Shown in pieces: positions 41,698 to 51,314 of a stretch of 64,000 nucleotides of DNA (position 1 is its first letter; each line of letters begins with the position of its first letter). Source of the DNA: Anaeromyxobacteraceae bacterium. Lineage in GTDB: Bacteria > Myxococcota > Myxococcia > Myxococcales > Anaeromyxobacteraceae. The stretch lies in the NCBI GenBank assembly GCA_047602405.1, contig JASGHJ010000001.1, forward strand, positions 2,016,001 through 2,080,000, read 5' to 3'. The notes below the pieces were generated by a model, which was given only the letters and a program-made list of their open reading frames with translations, made no database searches and was not told the DNA's origin. A program made the translations under genes and the position numbers.

Positions 41698-42984
41698 TCA
41701 CCCTCCGCCCGCGTTGAGCGCGGTGGCGCCGGTGATGTCGTACGTCGGGTAGTACGGGACCTCGGCCGCGAGGTTCTGGACCGGGACCGTGGTCTGGACC
41801 GTGAGCCGCTTGAAGTTGTCGCCCGGGTTCACGGTCGCCGCGCGGTTGCCCAGCGCGGGGAGATCGTCGCCCGGGATGGCGATGTCGGGCGTGGGGGCCC
41901 GGACCACGAGGCTGACCTGGACCGCCCGGATGTTGCCGGGGTGGTGGCTGGACTTGTTCGTGACCGGGGTGTCGACCGTGGGCTCGGGATCGCCGAAGAC
42001 GGGCGCGGTGGCGGCGAGGTCGATGCCCGCCGCGTCGGCGGTGATCGCCGTGTTCGCCACGGTGCCGACCATCCGGTTCGCGGTGGCGAGCGGGAACACG
42101 TACGCGAGCTGCAGGTCCTCGACGTCCGGCGAGATCACGCTCTCGATGCGTGCGCCGTCGGCGCCGAAGAGCCCCTGCTCGAGCATGAGGAAGGGGCGCG
42201 AGCCGGCGGTGCCCCAGGGGACCTCGACGCCGAGGGCGGAGTAGTTGCGGATGAAGTAGTGGTAGCGGTCGACCTTGAAGACCTTGGCGGCCGCGTCGAA
42301 GGTGGCGGTGGCGACCTTCGGGTAGGTGGTGGCGGCGCTGTCGACGGTGGCCACCGTCGAGAAGCACGCGTCCCCGAGGACGCCGGCCTGGTTCGGGAAG
42401 CCGGTCCCCCCGTTCGCGATCGTGAGCGTGACCTCGTCGGCCGTGGTGGCGGGGGCCTCCGCCGTGAGGGTGACGTACGCCCACCGGTAGGTCCCCGAGT
42501 AGCACATGACCTGCAGGAGCTGGCCGGCGCGGAGCGGCTGCTTGAGGGGGCCGGAGATCTTCATCGTGCCGCCGCCGTAGCCCTGCGTGACGACGTGCGG
42601 GCCGAAGATGGTGTCGCGGGTGATGAACGAGACCTCGTCGGGGCCGTCGGTCCGGTCGCGGCAGAGCGCGAGCGCGGCGTTGCAGTTCGCGCCCGCCACC
42701 GCGAAGGTGAAGTTCGCGGGGCTCGCCTCCATGCGCGCGGCGGCCTGGTCCCCGAAGTCGAAGGCGACGGCCGGGTCGACGCCGTAGCCGGCCCGGCGCA
42801 GGTTGCCCGAGATCTCGGAGAGCGCGATGCGGGCCGCCTCCTGCAGTGCCCGGTCCTGCGTGCCGGTCTGGAACGAGCGCATCTGCCCGTTCAGGAGCGC
42901 GATGGCGCCCGCGATGATGACGAAGGCGACGGCGATGGAGATCAGGAGCTCGACGAGCGAGTAGCCACGGGGGGAGCGGATCAT
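41698..42984 (-). CDS. pilW: Minor pilin PilW-like
   Basis: RG/YSLVELL, LRRAGYG, VEDLQLAY, IRAVQVSL. Confidence 0.85.
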   Translation of the reverse strand: MIRSPRGYSLVELLISIAVAFVIIAGAIALLNGQMRSFQTGTQDRALQEAARIALSEISGNLRRAGYGVDPAVAFDFGDQAAARMEASPANFTFAVAGANCNAALALCRDRTDGPDEVSFITRDTIFGPHVVTQGYGGGTMKISGPLKQPLRAGQLLQVMCYSGTYRWAYVTLTAEAPATTADEVTLTIANGGTGFPNQAGVLGDACFSTVATVDSAATTYPKVATATFDAAAKVFKVDRYHYFIRNYSALGVEVPWGTAGSRPFLMLEQGLFGADGARIESVISPDVEDLQLAYVFPLATANRMVGTVANTAITADAAGIDLAATAPVFGDPEPTVDTPVTNKSSHHPGNIRAVQVSLVVRAPTPDIAIPGDDLPALGNRAATVNPGDNFKRLTVQTTVPVQNLAAEVPYYPTYDITGATALNAGGG

Positions 42985-42988
42985 GGGG

Positions 42989-43537
42989 TCAGGCCCTCGC
43001 CGGGTTGAGCTTCACCGCGTGGAGGACGACGCGGCGCCAGCCGGCGCCCTGCCGCCACCGGACCACCACCGCGATCTGCACCGCGTCGTTCGTGCCGTCG
43101 CCGTTCGTGTCGCTGTAGAGCACGTTCCAGTAGCGCTCGTAGACGCCGTTCAGGGCCGCGGTGGGGAGGCCGTACCAGCCGGTGCCGAGGGCGTCGAGGT
43201 CGTCCTCGCCGTGATCGGCGAGGCCGGTGCCGACCGGATCGGCCACGCGCTCGAACTGCTGGGCGAGGTCGCCGATGTCGGTCGAGTTCGAGGTGGAGAC
43301 CTTCTGGAGCGGGCCGCCCTCGTCGTAGTTCCAGGCCTCGATGTTGCCGACGAGGTCCTGGGCGATGGCGGTGGCGCGCGTGACGCGCAGCGCGTCGCCG
43401 TTCATCGTGACGCCCATGTTGTGCAGGCCCATGAGCCCGAGCGCGCCCACGAGCATGACCCCCATCGCGATCATGTTCTCGATGAGCGTGAAGCCGCGCG
43501 GGGTGGACGTCGCCTTCCTGTCGTCGCTCTTCGCCAC
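42989..43537 (-). CDS. pilV: Minor pilin PilV-like
   Basis: RG/FTLIENMIAM...ATAIAQDLV...YERYWNV. Confidence 0.8.
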   Translation of the reverse strand: MAKSDDRKATSTPRGFTLIENMIAMGVMLVGALGLMGLHNMGVTMNGDALRVTRATAIAQDLVGNIEAWNYDEGGPLQKVSTSNSTDIGDLAQQFERVADPVGTGLADHGEDDLDALGTGWYGLPTAALNGVYERYWNVLYSDTNGDGTNDAVQIAVVVRWRQGAGWRRVVLHAVKLNPARA

Positions 43538-43545
43538 GTGCGCTC

Positions 43546-44196
43546 CTATTTCTTGAACGACATGACCGCGCCCGCGGGCGTGGTCACGACCACCGACAGC
43601 ACCGAGCCGAGGTCCGCGTGGGTGAGGCTCACGCTCGCGCCGCCCTGCACGGCGACGGGCCCCGCGGTGTCGTAGAAGGTCGGGAAGCCGCGGGCGTCGT
43701 ACCGGATCGCGCCGCGGTGGTCGCCGCCGGTCTCGCAGAAGCTGCAGGACCGGTTCACGACGATCGTGGCGAGCGGCGGCTGCAGCGTGGTGCCGAGCCC
43801 GGTCGACGGGCCGAAGGTCACGCCGCGCGGCAGGTCGAGCGTGCCGAGGATCTCGCTCTGCCCGGTGAGCGGCTGCGCGACGGGGTCGTAGGCGGCGAAC
43901 GTCGACCCGAGCGCGCCCACGAAGAGGTCGAACGCGCGGTCCTGGTACACGATCACGCGCCCCGCCGAGTCGGACGTCGCCTGGTCGGGGAAGAACATCA
44001 CCACCACGTCGTCGCCGGACGCGAGCGCGGTCTGCCGGGCGAGGTGCAGGAGCGCCTGGAGCTCGCCCGACGCCGAGTCGTAGTTCGCGCGGGGACGCAG
44101 CCGCTGCAGCCCCGTGTACGCGAGCGTCGTCAGGACGGCGATGATCCCGAGCACGACGGCCATCTCGATGAGCGTGAAGCCTCGGGTTCGTCTCAC
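43546..44196 (-). CDS. fimU: Minor pilin FimU/FimT-like
   Basis: RG/FTLIEMAVV...LHLARQTA; GAGGGG SD before GTG. Confidence 0.8.
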   Translation of the reverse strand: MRRTRGFTLIEMAVVLGIIAVLTTLAYTGLQRLRPRANYDSASGELQALLHLARQTALASGDDVVVMFFPDQATSDSAGRVIVYQDRAFDLFVGALGSTFAAYDPVAQPLTGQSEILGTLDLPRGVTFGPSTGLGTTLQPPLATIVVNRSCSFCETGGDHRGAIRYDARGFPTFYDTAGPVAVQGGASVSLTHADLGSVLSVVVTTPAGAVMSFKK

Positions 44197-44222
44197 GGTG
44201 TTCCCCTCCGCGGGCCTTGCGT

Positions 44223-44239
44223 CGCAAGCCGCGTGCCCC
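44223..44239 (-). promoter_or_regulatory. sigma54 promoter of the minor pilin/pilY1 operon
   Basis: Minus strand GGGCACG-CGGC-TTGC matches -24/-12 TGGCACG-N4-TTGC. Confidence 0.7.
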
Positions 44240-44364
44240 GCCCGGACGGGCGGAATCCCGAGTCGAATCGCGGACCTGGCTCCCTCGGTGACGCTCCTCG
44301 GCCGACAATCCTTGGCTGGATTCTCCAAAGATTCTCGGTGGGTGCGGGGCGCACACCCCTCAGC

Positions 44365-45141
44365 TCAGGGCGCCTTCACGCCGACGTACAGGACCGAGGT
44401 CCCGACGGGCGGCGCCCGGAGCGCGCGCGTCTCGAGGCGCATGAGCCCCGCGAGCGCCGCGTTGACCGCCGGGTGCGGCGGCACGAAGCCCCGCTCGATC
44501 GTGCGCGGCCCGCCGCCGGCGAGCACCGCCTTGCGCACCCACAGGAGCGGCACGAGCGAGAGCCCCCAGTACCGGATCACCCGCTCCTCGACGCCCTGGC
44601 CGGCGAGCTCCGCGGACAGCGTGCGGGTCGTGTAGCGGCGCAGGTGCCCCGCGGCCCGGTCGTACGCGCTCATCAGCGAGGGGAGCGCGGGCACGTTCAC
44701 GAGGAGGAGCCCGCCCGGCCGGACGTGCCGGAGCGTCGCGCGCAAAATCCGGCCGGGATCGGGGAGGTGCTCGAGCACGTCGAAGAGCACCGCGCCGTCG
44801 TAGCGGCCGAGGAGCTCGGGCCGCTCCTCCGTGACGTCGTAGTAGAAGGTCCGGCCGCGCCGCGGCGCGCAGCGCTCGAGCGCGGGCAGGTTGAGGTCGG
44901 TGCCGTCGACCCTCCAGCCGCGCGCCGCCTCGAGCTGGGCCGCGAGCACGCCCGACCCGCAGCCCACGTCGAGCAGGGTGAGCGGCCCGCCGGGCAGCGG
45001 CCCCGCGTCGGCGAGCGCGCGCTCGAGCGCGGCGAGGCGCCAGCGGAACCAGAAGTGCGAGGCCGCCGAGGCGTCGTACCACTCGTCCGGGAAGTCCTGC
45101 CCCCGGACGACCGAGAGGAGCTCCACCGGCGCGCCGCTCAC
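44365..45141 (-). CDS. Class I SAM-dependent methyltransferase
   Basis: HFWFRWR, LLDVGCGSG, FDVLEH, NVPA...D...GHLRRY. Confidence 0.85.
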   Translation of the reverse strand: MSGAPVELLSVVRGQDFPDEWYDASAASHFWFRWRLAALERALADAGPLPGGPLTLLDVGCGSGVLAAQLEAARGWRVDGTDLNLPALERCAPRRGRTFYYDVTEERPELLGRYDGAVLFDVLEHLPDPGRILRATLRHVRPGGLLLVNVPALPSLMSAYDRAAGHLRRYTTRTLSAELAGQGVEERVIRYWGLSLVPLLWVRKAVLAGGGPRTIERGFVPPHPAVNAALAGLMRLETRALRAPPVGTSVLYVGVKAP

Positions 45142-46125
45142 GGCTTCCCCCCGGCGGCCGGCCGATCCACCACCTCGAGGAGCAGGTACGGCGGGCGCCC
45201 CTTCACCTCGAGGTAGGTGCGCGCGACGTAGGCCCCGAGGATGTAGAGGCAGAAGGCCTGGACCGCGTTGCCGGTCGCGATGAGCACGTAGGTGAGGAGG
45301 AACGGACGCGGGATGGCCTCGGAGAACGCGCCGCCGAGGAGCATGCCGAGGAAGGCGAGCGTCATGAACCCGAACACGAAGCTGCCGAGCTGGGCCGCCT
45401 GCAGGGGGCGGGTGCTCATCGAGGCGATGCCGTCGGTCGCGAGCCGGTAGAGCTGGCGCCAGGCGTACTTCGTCGACCCGGCCTGGCGCTCCGGGCGATC
45501 GTACTCGAGGGGCTCCTGGCGGAAGCCGACCCACGCGCGCAGGCCGCGCTGGAACCGCAGCCGCTCGGGCAGCGCGCGGAGCGCCTCGAGCACGCGCCGG
45601 TCCATCAGGCCGAAGTCGCCGGTGTCGAGCGGCAGCGCGATCTCCGACAGGAAGGCGACGAGCCGGTAGAAGCCCCAGTACGCGAGCCGCTTCAGCGGAT
45701 TGCCCTTCCTCTTGCGGCGGCGGCCGTACACGACGTCGGCGCCCGCGCGCCAGCGGCCCACCATCTCGAGCACGAGCTCGGGCGGATCCTGGAGGTCCGC
45801 GTCGAGGATGGCGATCACGTCGGCGTCGGCGTGGTCCAGCCCGGCGCACACCGCCGCCTGGTGGCCGAAGTTGCGCGAGAAGCGCAGCAGGCGCGCGTCG
45901 AGCCCCGCCCGGATCCGCGCCGAGACGAGCTCGGCGGTCCGGTCGCGGCTGCCGTCGTCCACGAACAGGAGCCGCACCCGGCCGATGCCGTGCGCGGCGC
46001 ACGCCTCGGGCGAGAAGGTGGAGGCGAGCCGATTCGAGCAGGAGCCCCAGCACCTCCTCCTCGTTGAAGACCGGGAGCACGAGCTCGAGGACGGCGGGGC
46101 GCGGGCGGGTGAGGGCGGTGGTCAC
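45138..46125 (-). CDS. GT2 polyprenyl-phosphate glycosyltransferase (GtrB/ArnC-like; apparent +1 frameshift at about 46033)
   Basis: LPVFNEE, VDDGSRD, SRNFGHQ, DADLQDPPE, two C-terminal TMs. Confidence 0.88.
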
Positions 46126-48017
46126 GGCGTACCTCCGGTGGCCGGGGCGGGCGGCTGGCCCCGGCCGCCGTCGAGCTCCTGGACGAGCTGGGCCGCGGCC
46201 GGGCGGCCGGGCTCCTTCGCGAGCGCCGCGCGGGCCTTCTCGAGCGCCTCCGCGGTCCGGCCGACGCGGGCGAGCACCACGGCGTGCAGCTCGAGGAGGC
46301 GGGCGGAGTCGAGCGTGCGCGCGGCCGCCTCGACGTGGCGGAGCGCCTCGCCGGGCTCGCCGGAGAGGAGCAGGGCCCGCGCGAGGTGGGCCTCGACCTG
46401 GGGGTCACCCGGCGCGAGCGCGAGCGAGACCTCGAGGTGGAGCGCCGCGAGCGCGTACTCCTCGCGCGCGGCGTACACCTGGCCGAGGCGGGCGTAGTTG
46501 ACCACGGCCGCCTCCCGGACGATGCCGGGCGGCAGCGCGGTGGCCCAGGTGAGGTACGCCGCCGTGCCGAGCGCCGCCGCGCCGAGCGCCACCGCCCGGC
46601 GCGCGCGCGCCCAGGCCAGCAGCCGCACGAGCCCGGCGCCCGCGAGCGGCAGGAGCGCCGTGGTGAGCGGGGCGCGGTAGCGCGAGAGCGCCGAGGAGAG
46701 CACGATCGACGCGAGCGTGCCCGCCACGGCGACGCCGAGCGGCCAGGCGCGCCGGGCGGCGTCGCGCCCGGCGAGGCCCACGGCCGCGAGCGGCGCGATC
46801 ACCGCGAAGGTGGCGGGCAGGAGGCGCAGCGCGGGCGCGCCGCGCATGAACACGTTCACGTCGACGTTGTTCGAGCCCTCGAAACCGTGGAACGCGTAGA
46901 GGAGCTTCGAGAGCTCGAGCGTGACGAGCGAGCCGAGGGACGGGTGGGTGCGCGCGGCCGCGAGGAGGCCCGCGAGCGGCCGCCCGTCGCCTGCCACGAT
47001 GACCGGGCCGATGAGGTCGGGGAGCGCGAGGCCGAACGGCGGGGCGCCCACCACGTGGTAGATCGGCAGCATCGCCGCCGCCGAGCCGTTGAGCGCGAGC
47101 GGCGGGACGCCCACGGCGAGGTTGCGCAGCACGACCGGGGCGAGGCCGGCCGCGACGCCGCCCGCGACCAGCGCCGCGGCCCGCAGGCGCCCGGCGGGCG
47201 CCGGCCGCGCGGAGGCGAGCCGCCACAGCCCCATCAGCACGGGGAAGGCGAGGAACGAGGTCTTGAGGAGCGCGGCCGCGCCGAACGCCACGCCGAGGCC
47301 GAACCAGCGCCGCGCGCCGCCGCGCGCGACGGCCTCGTGCATCGCGAGCGCGAGCGCGAGCGTCACCACCGCCGCCGGCCCGTCGCGGAGCAGCGTGAGC
47401 TCGTACAGAAGCGGGAACGGCGCCAGGATCGCGAGGAGGCCGGCCGCGAGGCCGGCGCTCTCCGAGAAGAGGCGGCGGCCGAGCGCCGCGGCGAGGAGCA
47501 CGCCCGCCACGCCGAGCAGGAGCTGCAAGGCGAAGACCGCCCAGACCTGCGGCCCCGCGAGCGCGTAGGTGAGCCCGACGAGGTAGGGGTAGGCCGGCTC
47601 CTGGTAGAAGGTCGCCCCCCCGAGCCAGCGATCCCAGAGGCGGGCGGAGAGCGCGCTCCGGGAGAGCCCGGCGGCCGGGAGCTCCAGGCGCTCGGGTAGG
47701 CCCGGATCGGCCTCGAGCGCCCGCTCCGCGACCCGATCCATCCAGCTCGCCATGGGGTGCCAGGGCCCGCGCTGGAGGAGGTCTCCCCCCGCGACGCGCT
47801 TGCCCCACGCGTCGAAGAAGAAGCTGTCGCTGTCCCGGACGACCTCGTGGTTGCGGGGGAGCGGGGAGCCGGCGGCCTGCGCCGCGACGACGAGGCGCAC
47901 GGCGACGGCGAGCCCCGCGAGGGCGAGCGTCACCCGCCCGCGCCGCGCGGCGAGCCAGGCCTCGGCGGCGGGATCGGCGAGGTCCACCTTCGGGGTCGTG
48001 TCCGGTCGATCGTTCAA
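46122..48017 (-). CDS. GT-C (ArnT/PMT-like) membrane glycosyltransferase with C-terminal TPR
   Basis: DSDSFFFD, FYQEPAYPY, many TMs, SRYRAP, TPR-like tail. Confidence 0.7.
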   Translation of the reverse strand: MNDRPDTTPKVDLADPAAEAWLAARRGRVTLALAGLAVAVRLVVAAQAAGSPLPRNHEVVRDSDSFFFDAWGKRVAGGDLLQRGPWHPMASWMDRVAERALEADPGLPERLELPAAGLSRSALSARLWDRWLGGATFYQEPAYPYLVGLTYALAGPQVWAVFALQLLLGVAGVLLAAALGRRLFSESAGLAAGLLAILAPFPLLYELTLLRDGPAAVVTLALALAMHEAVARGGARRWFGLGVAFGAAALLKTSFLAFPVLMGLWRLASARPAPAGRLRAAALVAGGVAAGLAPVVLRNLAVGVPPLALNGSAAAMLPIYHVVGAPPFGLALPDLIGPVIVAGDGRPLAGLLAAARTHPSLGSLVTLELSKLLYAFHGFEGSNNVDVNVFMRGAPALRLLPATFAVIAPLAAVGLAGRDAARRAWPLGVAVAGTLASIVLSSALSRYRAPLTTALLPLAGAGLVRLLAWARARRAVALGAAALGTAAYLTWATALPPGIVREAAVVNYARLGQVYAAREEYALAALHLEVSLALAPGDPQVEAHLARALLLSGEPGEALRHVEAAARTLDSARLLELHAVVLARVGRTAEALEKARAALAKEPGRPAAAQLVQELDGGRGQPPAPATGGTP

Positions 48018-50254
48018 CGTTCACCTGCCCCGAGCGTACCCGCGTCCACCTCGGCGCCCGCCCGGACGTCCGCCTCCGTGATGGAGAGCTCGCGGGCGGG
48101 GCCTTCCCCGGCCCGGAGCCGGCCGGGGCCGGTGCTCACCGCGCCCGCCGAGGAGGTCGCGAGCGGCACCCGCAGCGAGAACCCACCGTCCGCCCCCGCG
48201 TCGGCGAAGGCCGCCCAGAGGTGCCGCCGTCCGTGCTCGCCGAGCTCGATCTCGAGGACCACCCGCGCGCCCGGCGCGGCCCGGCCGTGCACGCGCGCGC
48301 CCGCCACGACCTCGTAGGTCCAGAGCACCGGCAGGACGTCGTCGATCCCGCCCACCGTGCGCGTCGACGCGAAGACCGGGCGCAGCCGCTCGAAGTGCCT
48401 GAGGCCGATCGCCGGGTACCCCGACCCGCCGAGGAGCGCCGGCGCGGCGCCGACCTCCTGCAGCCACCGCGCGGAGATCCGCCTCGAGGCGAACGGGGCG
48501 GGCGCCGTGGCGCCCCTCACGCGGATGTGGAGGTTGGCGGGGCCGGAGATCACCCAGCCCACCCCGCGCTGCGCGAGCCAGGGCACGAGCTCGTCCTCGC
48601 CGCGCCGGAGCGCGAGCTCACCCTGGGTGTAGGCGGCGGGATCCGGGTAGGGGCCGAAGCCGTTCGTGACGACGGGCCGGTCCGCGAGCACGAGCACCTC
48701 GTTGCCGAGGTCCCAGGCCGTGAGGACGCCGGGGGCGGGGCCGGGCGGGCGGGTGCGCAGGTCGAGCGCGGCCTCGACCGAGGCGCCCGGGATCGGGTCG
48801 AGGTTCGGGCCCATCGCGAGCCGGACGCGCGGGTCGAGCGCGGCGAGGGCGAGGGCCGCGGCGGCCGGGAGCGCGGCCGCGAGGCGGGGGAGCCGCCCGA
48901 GCCGCGCGGCGAGCCAGGAGAGGGCGAGCCCGCCCGCGGCGGCGAGGAACCACGTGAACACCCGCCCGAACCGGACCTGGTGCACCGCGAGCGCGCCGAG
49001 CGCCAGGCAGGGCCAGAGGAAGGAGAGTCCGCGGGCCCGGCCGGCGGGCGCGAGCGCGAGCGCGGCGGCCCCGAGGACGAGCGGCGTCGCGAAGCCGAGC
49101 GCGCCGAGGTACTTCGTGATCCCGTAGGCGAGCGTGGGGCGCCAGATCGGCTGGAACTCGTCGATGGTCTTGAGCCACGGGTCGCCGCGCAGCAGCCACT
49201 CGCGCAGGCCGAGCACGACCTCGGCCGCGCCCGGGACGACCGGGAAGGCGAGGAGCGCGAGGGCCACGCCGCCCCCGGCGGCGAGCACCACGAGGCGCGC
49301 CCGGGGCGACGGCACGCGCGCGGCCAGGCCGACCGCGGCGCACACGGCCGCGCCCGCCGCCGCGAGGAGCAGGGGCTGCAGCCAGGAGGGGAAGCCGAAC
49401 GCGAGCGCGCCGCCCTGCGCGACGACGGCGGGGTGCGCGCCGATGGCGGCCACCGCGGGGGCGGAGGCGAGCGCGGCGAGGGCCGCGCCGCCGAGGAGCC
49501 CGGGGCCGCCGGAGCCCACGAGGCGCGGCCGCGGCGCGGCGAGCGCGGACGCGAGCAGCACGGGCAGCACGAGCGCCACGTAGAGGGGGGAGCCCGTGAA
49601 CACCGCCACCGCGCCCCCCGCGACGAGCGCCCCGGCCGCCTCGAGGGCGAGCCGCCCTCGCGCGTCGCGCTCCTCGCCGGGATCGGCCACGGCGAGCGCC
49701 CAGCGGGCGAGGAGGAGCATCGCGAGCCCCTCGGCGACGTGGTGATCGAGGATGCCGAAGCGCGAGGAGACGACGGACTGGGGGAGCACGCAGGCGAGGA
49801 TGCCCGCCGCGAGCGCCGCGCCCGCGCGGTGGGGGCGGCCGCGCGCGAGCGTCCAGACGAGCTCCATCGTCGCGGCGACGCAGGCCATCCCGAGGAGCGG
49901 GCAGAGCGCGGCCGCGAGGAGGTCGCCGCCGAGTTCCCCGGCCGCGGCGCGGCCGGCGAGCACGAGCAGCCCGCCGAGGAGGTCGAAGCCCGCCGCCCAC
50001 GGCACCGGTCCGCCCGCGGGCCAGGCGATCATCGGGTCGAGCCAGGGGACGCGCGGGAACGCGTCGGCCACCTGGTGCATGCGGTGGAGGTGATATCGGC
50101 TGTCGCCGTCGAGCAGCACGAGCTCACCGCCGTGGAAGGCCTCGACCGCGCCGATCACGCGGAACGCGACGCCGGCCGCGAGCACCGCCGCGAGGCCGGC
50201 GAGCGGCAGGATCCGCTCGCGCCGCAGCGCGCTGGAAGACGAGGTGAGGTCCAC
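48014..50254 (-). CDS. STT3/AglB/PglB-like oligosaccharyltransferase
   Basis: DGDSRYH, DPMIAWPAG, DHHVAE, TIDEFQP, AWDLG (WWDYG-like), many TMs; start codon uncertain. Confidence 0.75.
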   Translation of the reverse strand: MDLTSSSSALRRERILPLAGLAAVLAAGVAFRVIGAVEAFHGGELVLLDGDSRYHLHRMHQVADAFPRVPWLDPMIAWPAGGPVPWAAGFDLLGGLLVLAGRAAAGELGGDLLAAALCPLLGMACVAATMELVWTLARGRPHRAGAALAAGILACVLPQSVVSSRFGILDHHVAEGLAMLLLARWALAVADPGEERDARGRLALEAAGALVAGGAVAVFTGSPLYVALVLPVLLASALAAPRPRLVGSGGPGLLGGAALAALASAPAVAAIGAHPAVVAQGGALAFGFPSWLQPLLLAAAGAAVCAAVGLAARVPSPRARLVVLAAGGGVALALLAFPVVPGAAEVVLGLREWLLRGDPWLKTIDEFQPIWRPTLAYGITKYLGALGFATPLVLGAAALALAPAGRARGLSFLWPCLALGALAVHQVRFGRVFTWFLAAAGGLALSWLAARLGRLPRLAAALPAAAALALAALDPRVRLAMGPNLDPIPGASVEAALDLRTRPPGPAPGVLTAWDLGNEVLVLADRPVVTNGFGPYPDPAAYTQGELALRRGEDELVPWLAQRGVGWVISGPANLHIRVRGATAPAPFASRRISARWLQEVGAAPALLGGSGYPAIGLRHFERLRPVFASTRTVGGIDDVLPVLWTYEVVAGARVHGRAAPGARVVLEIELGEHGRRHLWAAFADAGADGGFSLRVPLATSSAGAVSTGPGRLRAGEGPARELSITEADVRAGAEVDAGTLGAGER

Positions 50255-50337
50255 GGTAGGTCGCACGCAAGGGAGCGGAGCGGCCCGATAATCGGGCCAC
50301 CTCCTGCCCGAGTCAAAAGAGGGACCCCCTACCCGGG

Positions 50338-50352
50338 TGACGAGAATCGTCA
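50338..50352. promoter_or_regulatory. Palindrome, candidate PilR enhancer site
   Basis: TGACGA-GAA-TCGTCA about 90 bp upstream of the pilA sigma54 promoter. Confidence 0.45.
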
Positions 50353-50438
50353 GCGAGGCCGACCCGCATGGCCCCGCCGCGTCAGGGATCACCTCCGCCC
50401 ACGCACCCGAGTTACGGCGGGTTAGCCGGGCGGTCGGC

Positions 50439-50454
50439 TGGCATCTCCCATGCT
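50439..50454 (+). promoter_or_regulatory. sigma54 promoter of pilA
   Basis: TGGCATCTCCCATGCT with correct GG-N10-GC spacing. Confidence 0.7.
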
Positions 50455-50558
50455 ACGTGGCCCTGGCGTACCAGGCCGGGCGCGAGGTGCTGTCGCGAGC
50501 CCGGACACATCGCCGCCGGCCGCCCCGCGCGCACCCGGCCTGACACCGGAGGAAACAC

Positions 50559-51203
50559 ATGAAGAAGCTGGCCAAGGGCTTCACCCTCATCGAGCTCATG
50601 ATCGTCGTCGCCATCATCGGCATCCTCGCCGCGATCGCGATCCCGAACTTCGTCAAGTATCAGCTCCGCTCGAAGTTCTCCGAGGCGTCCTCGAACGTCG
50701 AGGGCATCCGCAAGGCGCAGGAGGCCCTCCGCCAGGGCGAGCGCAACGTCGTGTTCGCCGGCACGCCGGACGCGCAGTACGTCGCGGGCACCTACCACGC
50801 GCTCGGCTCGACTCCCTACCCCGCCACGGCCGCCACCCCGGGTACGCAGAAGGCCCCGTGGACGACGCAGGAGCTCGCGGCCGCGAGCGCGATCGACTGG
50901 CAGATCGAGGGCGCGACGTACTTCAACTACCAGGTGAGCGTCGCGAACTGCCTCACGCCGTCGGCCGTCACCAACTCGGGCATCTGCTACACGGTCGGCG
51001 CGGTCTCCGACATCGACGGCGCCGGCAGCCTCGGCGAGGTCGCGCTCGTGAAGCTCGCGCTCGACGGCACCACCCAGGCGACCGACCCCGGTAACCTGAC
51101 GGCGGCCGGCGTGGGGTTCCCCGGCACGCTCGGCAGCTGCATCATCGGCACGAACGCCGTCTACGGCACGCCGTGCACGATCACGGGCCCGGACGAGTTC
51201 TAG
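50559..51203 (+). CDS. pilA: Major type IVa pilin (large, 207 aa mature)
   Basis: [33 protein letters not shown]; sigma54 promoter; own terminator. Confidence 0.93.
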   Translation: MKKLAKGFTLIELMIVVAIIGILAAIAIPNFVKYQLRSKFSEASSNVEGIRKAQEALRQGERNVVFAGTPDAQYVAGTYHALGSTPYPATAATPGTQKAPWTTQELAAASAIDWQIEGATYFNYQVSVANCLTPSAVTNSGICYTVGAVSDIDGAGSLGEVALVKLALDGTTQATDPGNLTAAGVGFPGTLGSCIIGTNAVYGTPCTITGPDEF

Positions 51204-51236
51204 TCCGTCCCCGCACCGCAGCCTGAAGCTCACCGG

Positions 51237-51270
51237 AGGGCGCCGCGGCGACGCGGCGCCCTTCGCCTTT
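51237..51270 (+). terminator. pilA terminator/attenuator hairpin
   Basis: AGGGCGCCGCG-GCGA-CGCGGCGCCCT then TCGCCTTT. Confidence 0.7.
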
Positions 51271-51314
51271 CGCCCGTTCGACTTTTTCTGGGCTGCGGCT
51301 ATGCTCCCCTGCCG

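Noticed and set aside
35876..41752. 1958-aa plus-strand ORF and similar giant Arg/Gly/Ala-rich ORFs (11788-15717, 19859-23236, 35931-40886)
   Set aside because: Shadow frames of real genes in very high-GC DNA; no recognisable motifs
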